A DNA stretch of 39,923 bases, taken from a virus. Under the pieces are notes generated by a model that had not been told where the DNA came from, ran no database searches, and saw only the letters and a program-made list of their open reading frames with translations. Where the stretch lies: positions 1 to 39,923 of IMG/VR virus record IMGVR_UViG_3300015175_000005; one strand, written 5' to 3'. Below, one piece after another: positions 14,326 to 21,655 of this stretch; the first letter of the stretch is position 1, and every line of letters starts with the position of its first letter. A program made the position numbers and the translations under genes.

Positions 14326-15195
14326 ATGTACGAACCAACCAACGAATCCCAATCAACCACCAACACGACAACCAACACCACCAGCACCACCACCAACCAA
14401 ACAACACCAGCGCTCGCTGACGTGTGCTTTGTGTGCGGCGGCCCGTGCCGCGTCGGCGACACGATGTGCCTCGTGTGCGACGGGCGGATGTGCGGCTGGC
14501 TGCTCGGCTATCCGTCATGGCTGGGGTCGTTGCGTGAATTCCTGGATTCGACCGCGCACTACGGCGGCCATCAGCCGGGACGTGCGAACCCCGCGTCCGC
14601 GCCCACCCCGGTCAGACTGTCGGTCCTCGATCATCTGCGTGAGGTCGAGGACATGGCGATCGCGTTGTGGCGCAGGCTGTACGCGCCGCCGGCGATGCCG
14701 TGGGCCACGCGCGTCACGCATCCGGGCCTGACGGACATGCTCGGCGCATGCGCGTCATGTCCGCGACTGCGCCGTCTGCCGGACATCGCCGACCACTACC
14801 GGCAGTGGGAGATGCTCGTGCGTCACACGTTGGCCATCATCGACGTGCCCCCGGCAAGGCACGGCATCGGCAGGTGCCCGAACCCGCTGTGCGGCGTCGA
14901 ACTGCAGGCCGCCGTCGACGCGGTAAGCGTCGCGTGCCCGATGTGCGGCAACACCTACCGTGTGGTGGACGTGCGGCTGGCGTTCCTGCGGGAGTGCATC
15001 TCGTCCGGCCGCACGTTCACCTCCGGCGAGTGCGCCGAGCTGCTGCGCGAATGCGGATTCAGCTGCAACGTGAACACGATTCGCTCGTGGCGCAAGCGCG
15101 GCAGGCTCCAGCCGGTCGGCAGGAACGGGAAGGGGCGGCCGTTGTACAGGCTTTCCGACGTGCATGGGCAGGTCGTGCGGCACGGCTCGATTTGA
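14326..15195 (+). CDS. Zinc-ribbon plus C-terminal HTH protein, hypothetical regulator
   Basis: GGAGGG RBS. Thr/Asn-rich low-complexity N-terminus, CxxC pairs (CFVCGGPC..CLVC, CPNPLC..CPMC), and C-terminal TSGECAELLRECGFSCNVNTIRSWRKRG. Confidence 0.8.
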   Translation: MYEPTNESQSTTNTTTNTTSTTTNQTTPALADVCFVCGGPCRVGDTMCLVCDGRMCGWLLGYPSWLGSLREFLDSTAHYGGHQPGRANPASAPTPVRLSVLDHLREVEDMAIALWRRLYAPPAMPWATRVTHPGLTDMLGACASCPRLRRLPDIADHYRQWEMLVRHTLAIIDVPPARHGIGRCPNPLCGVELQAAVDAVSVACPMCGNTYRVVDVRLAFLRECISSGRTFTSGECAELLRECGFSCNVNTIRSWRKRGRLQPVGRNGKGRPLYRLSDVHGQVVRHGSI

Positions 15196-15232
15196 CATGA
15201 TCGAAAGTGCAACGCATAATTGTCAGTGGATT

Positions 15233-15270
15233 AGAGGGTTCAAACCGAGAGCAGACGGTTTGAACCCTCT
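15233..15270 (+). terminator. Strong stem-loop after the early operon
   Basis: AGAGGGTTCAAACC (15233-15246) and GGTTTGAACCCTCT (15257-15270) form a 14-bp perfect stem with a 10-nt loop. The U-tract is weak. Confidence 0.45.
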
Positions 15271-15440
15271 TCATATCCACCTTGGATTCTCCTAACTCCT
15301 TGGGTTACGTACCCGTCCTGTCCGAACGGCATATCGGACACGCTCCGCCCACTCACGTCAGAGTGGGCATACACCAATAGCGGCAGGCAAGCCAATCCCG
15401 CGACTCACGTGATGCGGTGATGCTCAAACCGCCTGTCCAT

Positions 15441-15540
15441 GCCTTCGTAGGAATCAACGGCAGGTCGCACCGGTCGTAGATCTTCGGATCCTCTTCCTTG
15501 CGGCCGCGTGTATGCGCGGGTTCGAATCCCGCCGAAGGCG
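15441..15540 (+). ncRNA. tRNA-like element B (acceptor/T-arm module, non-canonical interior)
   Basis: GCCTTCG (15441-15447) pairs 7/7 with CGAAGGC (15533-15539). GCGGG-TTCGAAT-CCCGC lies at 15516-15532. The 5' end GCCTTCG-TA-G mimics tRNA positions 1-10. The 66-nt interior is too long for a cloverleaf. Confidence 0.3.
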
Positions 15541-15568
15541 CTAGCCGATCCGCGGTAAGGGGGCGACG

Positions 15569-15742
15569 ATGGAAGACGTGCTCAAGGAGATAGCCCACCA
15601 GCTCACCCGCTTGGCCGACCAGGGAGAACAGGCGGGCATGCAGGTCGGCAGGGGCGACGCATTGGAAGCGTGGGGGCTGCGGATCTACGAGAGCGAGTTC
15701 CTGGCGGCGCTCGAACGACTCGGGATCGAAGTTGTGGAATGA
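15569..15742 (+). CDS. Hypothetical small protein (57 aa), not in the ORF track
   Basis: ATG 15569 after AAGGGGG. Read manually as MEDVLKEIAHQLTRLADQGEQAG...LERLGIEVVE. Its stop overlaps the HNH start (ATGA). Confidence 0.5.
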   Translation: MEDVLKEIAHQLTRLADQGEQAGMQVGRGDALEAWGLRIYESEFLAALERLGIEVVE

Positions 15743-16068
15743 GAGGCGAACGCGATCCGCGCAAGGCGAACGGATGGAAGCGCGCCCGGCTTCGTGCAAG
15801 GGTGCTGGCCGCGTACGATGTGTGCGCCATCTGCGGCAGGCCGGTCGACAAGACGCTGAAGACGCCGCATCCGATGAGCGCCGAGGTCGACGAGATAATA
15901 CCAGTCAGCCGAGGCGGCGATCCGCTCGCATGGGGCAACGTGCAGCTCACGCACCGATGCTGCAACCAGACCAGAAGCAACCGGTCGAACGAGTGGGCGA
16001 AACGGAAGGCGGCGGGCAGGCCGACGGTCAAGGCGGCGGCGATGCCGTTCAAAACCATCGGCATCTGA
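15739..16068 (+). CDS. HNH endonuclease (terminase-associated type)
   Basis: CAICGRPVD ... EVDEIIPVSRGGDPLAWGNVQLTHRCCN. Lies immediately upstream of the terminase genes, as in HK97-like cos phages. Internal start of the 15670 ORF. Confidence 0.9.
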   Translation: MRGERDPRKANGWKRARLRARVLAAYDVCAICGRPVDKTLKTPHPMSAEVDEIIPVSRGGDPLAWGNVQLTHRCCNQTRSNRSNEWAKRKAAGRPTVKAAAMPFKTIGI

Positions 16069-16148
16069 CCGGCACCCACGGGAGTGGATCCTACCGGCGG
16101 TGCGCCGCCTGCCCCGCCGCATTGGGCCGATATCTCTCCGGGACTTCA

Positions 16149-16174
16149 AAACGTGACGATACGGAAACGTGACG
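16149..16174 (+). repeat. Direct repeat AAACGTGACG x2 upstream of terS
   Basis: Copies at 16149-16158 and 16165-16174. Possible terminase or cos-region recognition element. Confidence 0.4.
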
Positions 16175-16187
16175 GAGGTGTGATGTT

Positions 16188-16607
16188 ATGGAATGCCTTG
16201 AATGCGGCAAGGAATTCCGTCCCTCCGGACGCGGCAAGCCAGGCAAGTACTGCTCCGGAGCATGCAAGGCGAAAGCCTATCGACGCAGGAAGAAGAACGG
16301 CGAGGTCGCGGCCGTTGCGAAACCGAAGCGAGCGAAGACGGAGGGCCCTGCGAGGATCACGGGGCTTGACCGTCGCAGCTTCGAGCGGATGATGGACGGC
16401 TCCCATGAGGACACGCTCCGCGAAATCGTCGGCAGACTGCGCGAGGCCCTGCATGACCCGTCGACGCCGGCCAGCGCGTTGCCGTCGATCAGCAGCAAGC
16501 TCGCCGAATTCGACGAACGGATGCGCATGGCCGAGGAATCCGGCGGCCTGTTCGATGACGATGATGTGACGGAGGTTTCGGAGGATGTCGGAGCGTCGAT
16601 TGTCTGA
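16188..16607 (+). CDS. Putative terminase small subunit
   Basis: Called by position, directly upstream of and overlapping terL. N-terminal zinc ribbon CLECG..CSGAC, basic patch, acidic C-terminus. Confidence 0.6.
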   Translation: MECLECGKEFRPSGRGKPGKYCSGACKAKAYRRRKKNGEVAAVAKPKRAKTEGPARITGLDRRSFERMMDGSHEDTLREIVGRLREALHDPSTPASALPSISSKLAEFDERMRMAEESGGLFDDDDVTEVSEDVGASIV

Positions 16608-18018
16608 TATCGCCCAACGGCTCGTGCAGCCGAATGATATCGTCGGAAGCGACTTCACGATGATCGACCGCGCGGCCGTCAGGGCGGGAATCCATTTCGA
16701 CCTGTGGCAGAAGGGCTTCCTCTACCTGCTGTTCGGCAAGCGAGCCGACGGCAGGTACGCCTGCGGCTCCGGCGGCGCGGTACTGTCGTCCTGCCGCCAG
16801 ATCGGCAAGACGTTCACGGTCGGCAACGCGATGTTCATCCTGTGCGCCGGACGCGCCGGGACATTGGTCATCTGGACCGCGCACCACACGCGCACCTCCG
16901 ACGAGACGTTCGCCGACATGTGCGACCTGACACGCAACCCGAAGCTCGCCCGATACGTCGAGAACGTGCGTCGGGCGAACGGCCAGCAGGAGATTCGGTT
17001 CGCGAACGGCAGCCGCATCATGTTCGGTGCACGTGAGAACGGCTTCGGCCGTGGCTTGCACTCCGCGGACATCGAGGTGTTCGACGAGGCGCAGATCCTC
17101 ACGGTGAAGGCGTTGGACAATCTGATCCCGATCGTGAACACGAGCCCGAACCCGCTGGTCGTGTTCATGGGCAACCCGCCGAAGCCCGGCGACCAGTCCG
17201 AGGCGTTCAGCGAGAAGCGGAACCTCGCGCTCGGCGGCGACGCCGAGGGCATGCTGTACGTGGAGCTCGCCGCCGACCGCGACGCGAATCCTGATGACCG
17301 TGAGGCGTGGGCGAAGGCGAACCCGAGCTATCCGACGCGCACCAGCGAGCAGGCGATCATGCGAATGCGCAACCTGCTCGCCGAGGACTCGTTCAGACGC
17401 GAGGCCCTTGGCATCTGGGACGAGCAGACCGCGCAAAGGGCGATAGACCCGAAGCTGTGGAAGCGGTCGGAGACCACGATCGTGCCGGATGGAGGCGTCC
17501 CGAGTTTCGCACTGGACATGCCGCCGGATCGCGGCACTCTGGTCATCGGCAATGCCTTGAAGCTGCCCGACGGCACGGCCTTGATCCAGATGGCGGCCAT
17601 CGAGGACGCGCGCCGGAACGGCACCCAGTGGGCGGTCGAATGGCTGCGTGAACGGTGGCCGAAGACCGCCGCGGTCATGATCGACGCGCAGTCGCCGGCC
17701 ATGAGCCTGCTGCCCGAACTGCAGAAGGCGCACATCCGCGTGACCGTCACCTCGATGGCCGAGATGGGACGCGCCTACGGACGATTCCAGGACATGCTCA
17801 ACGACGGACAGCTGAAGCACCTGCCGGACGACGCGCAGCCGCAATTGGCCGCCGCCGTGCGCGGCGCGATAACCCGTAATCTCGGCGCCTCGGGCGCGCT
17901 GGCGTGGAACAAGCTCGGCGCCGACGTGGACATCAGCCCATTGGTCGCGTGCACGCTGGCCCTTTACGGCGCGTTCACATCGAAACGCATTCCAGGACGC
18001 AAACAGAGAGCTGGATGA
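16585..18018 (+). CDS. Terminase large subunit
   Basis: 477 aa with a Walker-A-like SCRQIGKTF, a downstream DIEVFDEAQ (Walker B-like) and a nuclease half. Position fits the packaging module. Confidence 0.92.
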   Translation: MSERRLSDIAQRLVQPNDIVGSDFTMIDRAAVRAGIHFDLWQKGFLYLLFGKRADGRYACGSGGAVLSSCRQIGKTFTVGNAMFILCAGRAGTLVIWTAHHTRTSDETFADMCDLTRNPKLARYVENVRRANGQQEIRFANGSRIMFGARENGFGRGLHSADIEVFDEAQILTVKALDNLIPIVNTSPNPLVVFMGNPPKPGDQSEAFSEKRNLALGGDAEGMLYVELAADRDANPDDREAWAKANPSYPTRTSEQAIMRMRNLLAEDSFRREALGIWDEQTAQRAIDPKLWKRSETTIVPDGGVPSFALDMPPDRGTLVIGNALKLPDGTALIQMAAIEDARRNGTQWAVEWLRERWPKTAAVMIDAQSPAMSLLPELQKAHIRVTVTSMAEMGRAYGRFQDMLNDGQLKHLPDDAQPQLAAAVRGAITRNLGASGALAWNKLGADVDISPLVACTLALYGAFTSKRIPGRKQRAG

Positions 18019-19472
18019 TAGTTATGGTTGAATTCTCCGCATTGGGGCCGATTCCCGGCATTCCCGACAGCGACATGGACACCGTCCAGCGCCTGTACCG
18101 GACATGGATCCGGAAATACGAGCGCAACGCGTTGAGGACGGAATACTACAACGCCCACGAACGTGTGAAGAACCTAGGCATCGCGGTGCCCGACAAGCTC
18201 GCCAGCCGGTTCCACGCATGCGTCGGCTGGCCGGCCAAGGCGGTGAAGACGCTCGCCGACCTGAGCGTCTTCGACGGGTTCACCTACCCGAACGGCGATG
18301 ATGTGCACGGCGTCGACAAGATCATGGACCTCAACCGCTTCGACCTGATAACGCCGGAGACCATCGTGAACGCGTACACTCATTCGTGCGCGTTCCTCAC
18401 CGTCTTCCAGGATCCCGACGACAGCGGGCGCGTGCGAGTGATCCCGCGACCCGCCACATGGTCGGCCGCGATCTGGGATTTCATGCGCAACCGCATCAAG
18501 GCCGCGCTGACCATCACCGACGTCGACGAGTACGGCAACGCCACCGACATGAACGTGTGGCTGCCGCACGTGGTCTACAGGTGCGACCGCGCCGCCGGCG
18601 TGTGGAAGGCCGTAGCCTGTCCGAACGACTGGCCGTATCCCACCGTGGTTCCCGTCTGCTACGACCCGCAGGCCGAACGCCCGTTCGGACGCTCCCGCAT
18701 CACACGCCCGCTGATGGCGCTGACCGACGCGGCCATCCGCACCATGCTCCGCATGGAGGTGGGCGCCGAGTTCTACGCGGCTCCGAGCCTGTGGTTCATC
18801 GGCCTGGACCCTGACGCTTTCGAGGACAAGTGGAGCTCGCTGGTAAACAGCATCAACTCCATCAGCCGTGACGTGAACGACGAGGTGCCGACCCTGCAGC
18901 AGGTGCAGCAGATGACCATGCAGCCGCATTCGGACATGCTGCGCACGATCGCCCTGATGGTGTCCAGCGAGACCAGCATCCCGGTCAACGACCTGGGCAT
19001 CACCATGGACAACCCGGCCAGCGCTGAAGCGATGATGGCCGCCGAACGCAAGCTGTCGCGCGAGGCCGACCGTCAGAACCATCTCTTCTCCTACGCGTTG
19101 GAGGAGGTCGTGCGCATGGTCGTATGCCTCCAAGAGCACATCGACCCTGAGAGCATGCCGGAATCATTGACGGGAATCCGCTGCCGGTGGAAGCCGACGC
19201 AGGAGATCAGCCTCGGCGCACGCGCCGACGCTTTCAGCAAGATCGCGAACGTGTCCGAAGCGTTCGCCCAGTCGGAGGCTAGCTGGCGGTACGCGGGCTT
19301 CGACCATGAAGACATCGCGGACATCATGGGCGCGATGCGCTCCCAGAACGCGCGCAGCGTGCTCGACAGACTCGTCGGAGGTGCCGGCAACGCCCAGCGG
19401 AAGGACTCCGAACCGCGGAAACCCGATGCCGCGGAACCGGGAAACGCCGGCAAGCCAGCGGATGGGGGCTGA
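18015..19472 (+). CDS. Portal protein (SPP1 gp6-like)
   Basis: ATG 18015 overlaps the terL stop (alternative ATG 18024). Size and position are typical for a portal. Confidence 0.9.
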   Translation: MIVMVEFSALGPIPGIPDSDMDTVQRLYRTWIRKYERNALRTEYYNAHERVKNLGIAVPDKLASRFHACVGWPAKAVKTLADLSVFDGFTYPNGDDVHGVDKIMDLNRFDLITPETIVNAYTHSCAFLTVFQDPDDSGRVRVIPRPATWSAAIWDFMRNRIKAALTITDVDEYGNATDMNVWLPHVVYRCDRAAGVWKAVACPNDWPYPTVVPVCYDPQAERPFGRSRITRPLMALTDAAIRTMLRMEVGAEFYAAPSLWFIGLDPDAFEDKWSSLVNSINSISRDVNDEVPTLQQVQQMTMQPHSDMLRTIALMVSSETSIPVNDLGITMDNPASAEAMMAAERKLSREADRQNHLFSYALEEVVRMVVCLQEHIDPESMPESLTGIRCRWKPTQEISLGARADAFSKIANVSEAFAQSEASWRYAGFDHEDIADIMGAMRSQNARSVLDRLVGGAGNAQRKDSEPRKPDAAEPGNAGKPADGG

Positions 19473-19633
19473 CGGCCTGAAGGCCAAGTTCGACGCATCG
19501 GGCATCGCGCTCCACGCCGGCGTCGAACCATCCAACGCCGCCCCTCCGCTCGGACTGGAAGGCGTCGGATTCAACGGACCGTGGTCCGTCTCGCTCAGGA
19601 ACCCCAACAGCGAGTGACGAATGATCGGAGGCC

Positions 19634-20905
19634 GTGATGGATGGCGGTGCGAACCGGACCCCGAATCGCAGGCAGATCGGCGAACTGCGGCAGGCGCAGT
19701 CTCAGGCGTCAGCCTTGGCTAAACGGGAGCTGGGCAGGGTCTGGAGCGAGATCGGCGACTGGGAGCCGGAACAGCAGCGCGACGCGCTGCTCGAACTGGT
19801 GCCAGCGATCATCGACAAATACGCCGACACATCCAGCGTCGCGGCCGCCGAATGGTACCAGCGCGTGCGCGACAAGTGGATCTCCGACGATTTCAAAGCA
19901 CGCACGCCGGTAAAGGCGAACGATGACATCAGCAAGCTGATCCGCGCGAACGCCGGCGTCCTGTTCGGCGACGGCGCGGACCCGGGGCGGATGCTCCGCT
20001 TCCTCAACGCCGTCGTGGACAAGGGCGTGAAGCAGGGAGGCCGCGACACTATCCGCTACAACGCGAAACGCGATCCGAAGAAACCGCGCTACGCGCGAGT
20101 CCCGTCCGGCGCTAAGACGTGCGCGTTCTGCGCGATGCTCGCGTCCCGCGGCTGGGTGTACGAATCAGCCGAGACAGCCGGCGCGATGAGCAAATACCAT
20201 CCTGACTGCGACTGCGAGATCGTACCCAGCTGGGACAAGGACAAGCCGAACGTCGAAGGCTACGACCCCGAAAAGCTCTATGAGGACTATGAGAAGGCTT
20301 ACAAGGCCGCGGGCGGCAATCCCACAATGGAAGACGTTCTCGCGGCAATGCGGAGCCAGCCGGGGAAGTACACGGATGGCAGGCTGGTGCCTGTGAAGGT
20401 TCCGAAGGATTGGAAGCAGCCGCACGCTCAGAACGAGGATCGTCTGCTTTCGATGAAGGGATTGGCGGATGTCACCGATGCGGAATGGTATCGGCGTCAG
20501 GAACGGGCCGGGGTTCCGCATTCGGTGGATACGCTTTACCCGCAGGAGATCGTGTTCCTCGAACGTTTCCGGAATCTCGGCAACCATGTCGAATGGATAC
20601 CAAGAGACAAGGAGAACGCAACGGCGACAAACGACTTCCGCTGGATTGAAATGAACGAATTGTGCGAATTGAAATCCATGGCGAAAGCAGATTTCGGCAA
20701 GATTGCAGACCGCATCACCAAGGCCGTTCGAAGCGCCAAGGAGAATCACGATGTCGTCAAGGACTGTTTCGTCATAGACCTCGGCCAGGCGAAGCGTAAG
20801 GACAAACTCGTGCACCAATTGGAGAAATACAACGACCGCGAATGGAAAATCCGCAGGCTTTTCATCTTCGACGGTGAAGGGTTCTCGGAAATCAAATTGA
20901 AATAA
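19634..20905 (+). CDS. MuF-like minor head protein fused to a C-terminal PD-(D/E)xK nuclease-toxin-like domain
   Basis: The actinophage MuF hallmark KTCAFCAMLASRGWVY...YHPDCDCEIVP is followed by a low-GC extension of about 165 aa containing FLERF...NDFRWIEMNELCELKS (E...D-x10-E-x-K). Confidence 0.88.
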   Translation: MMDGGANRTPNRRQIGELRQAQSQASALAKRELGRVWSEIGDWEPEQQRDALLELVPAIIDKYADTSSVAAAEWYQRVRDKWISDDFKARTPVKANDDISKLIRANAGVLFGDGADPGRMLRFLNAVVDKGVKQGGRDTIRYNAKRDPKKPRYARVPSGAKTCAFCAMLASRGWVYESAETAGAMSKYHPDCDCEIVPSWDKDKPNVEGYDPEKLYEDYEKAYKAAGGNPTMEDVLAAMRSQPGKYTDGRLVPVKVPKDWKQPHAQNEDRLLSMKGLADVTDAEWYRRQERAGVPHSVDTLYPQEIVFLERFRNLGNHVEWIPRDKENATATNDFRWIEMNELCELKSMAKADFGKIADRITKAVRSAKENHDVVKDCFVIDLGQAKRKDKLVHQLEKYNDREWKIRRLFIFDGEGFSEIKLK

Positions 20906-20991
20906 AACAACCGGGAGCACCCCTCCGCTCATTGCGTGTTATTTCAACGCCGCAGAGGACCCCCGGTCTTTCTATATCCTATCACGCTTTT

Positions 20992-21073
20992 GGTGGGTTG
21001 GCCCAGCGGCGACGGCAGGAGCCTGTAAATCTCCGACATCGACACATCGCGGGTTCGAGTCCCGCACCCACCA
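20992..21073 (+). tRNA. tRNA-Tyr (anticodon GTA), class II architecture
   Basis: Acceptor GGTGGGT/ACCCACC. Anticodon loop CTGTAAA (GTA at 21025-21027) with U33 and A37. 14-nt variable region. T-arm GCGGG-TTCGAGT-CCCGC. The layout parallels E. coli tRNA-Tyr. Caveats: C31:U39 mismatch, weak variable-arm pairing, no encoded CCA. Confidence 0.75.
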
Positions 21074-21079
21074 CTCGCA

Positions 21080-21101
21080 AGCCCCGGAACGGGGCTTTTT
21101 T
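21080..21101 (+). terminator. Rho-independent terminator after the tRNA
   Basis: AGCCCCG-GAA-CGGGGCT followed by TTTTTT. Confidence 0.7.
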
Positions 21102-21135
21102 AATGCCCTGGAACAGGGCGGAAGGAGCAGAGGCA

Positions 21136-21633
21136 ATGACCGACGCAGCCACCATCGACAACGCCCAACAGCCGCAGGGGGAGGGTTCGGATGGCGTCCA
21201 GTCCGCCGAACCGCCGGTGGATTGGAAGGCGAAGTACGAGGTCGCCATCAAGCATTCCCGCGAATGGGAGTCCCGCGCGAAGGCCAACAAGGACGCCGCC
21301 GACGAGCTCGACAGGCTCAAGGAAAGCCAATTGTCCGAAACGGAGAAGCTGACCCGCAGAGCCGAACGAGCCGAGAGGGAACTGTCCGCATTGAAGACCG
21401 CCAATCAGGTCAACGCCTGGAAGAACGCGGCGGCCGAACAGTACCACGTGCCCGCGTCGCTGCTGTCCGGCGCGACCGAGGACGAGATCAACGCGAACGC
21501 GAAGGCGTTGGCCGAATGGAAGAACCCGGAACGTTCCGGCGCTTCCGCGCTCGGCGACCCGTCGGGCCTGCCCCAGACACCACCGAAAAGCGCCGACGAC
21601 TGGATCCGCTCGGTCGCCCGGCGCAACAAATAA
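21136..21633 (+). CDS. Capsid scaffolding protein
   Basis: ATG 21136 after GGAAGGAG. The upstream part of the 20932 ORF covers the tRNA. Charged, coiled-coil-rich and immediately upstream of the major capsid gene. Confidence 0.85.
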   Translation: MTDAATIDNAQQPQGEGSDGVQSAEPPVDWKAKYEVAIKHSREWESRAKANKDAADELDRLKESQLSETEKLTRRAERAERELSALKTANQVNAWKNAAAEQYHVPASLLSGATEDEINANAKALAEWKNPERSGASALGDPSGLPQTPPKSADDWIRSVARRNK

Positions 21634-21655
21634 GCACTAACGGAAGGAGAAGCAC

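Noticed and set aside
19463-19617. Possible 51-aa ORF (MGADGLKAKFDASGIALHAG...) between portal and MuF.
   Set aside because: It has no RBS, its start lies within the portal 3' end, and the composition is not convincing. The 160-nt gap is left unannotated.
20932-21135. N-terminal extension of the scaffold ORF (the track gives 20932..21633).
   Set aside because: The extension reads straight through the tRNA-Tyr and its terminator. A strong RBS (GGAAGGAG) precedes ATG 21136.
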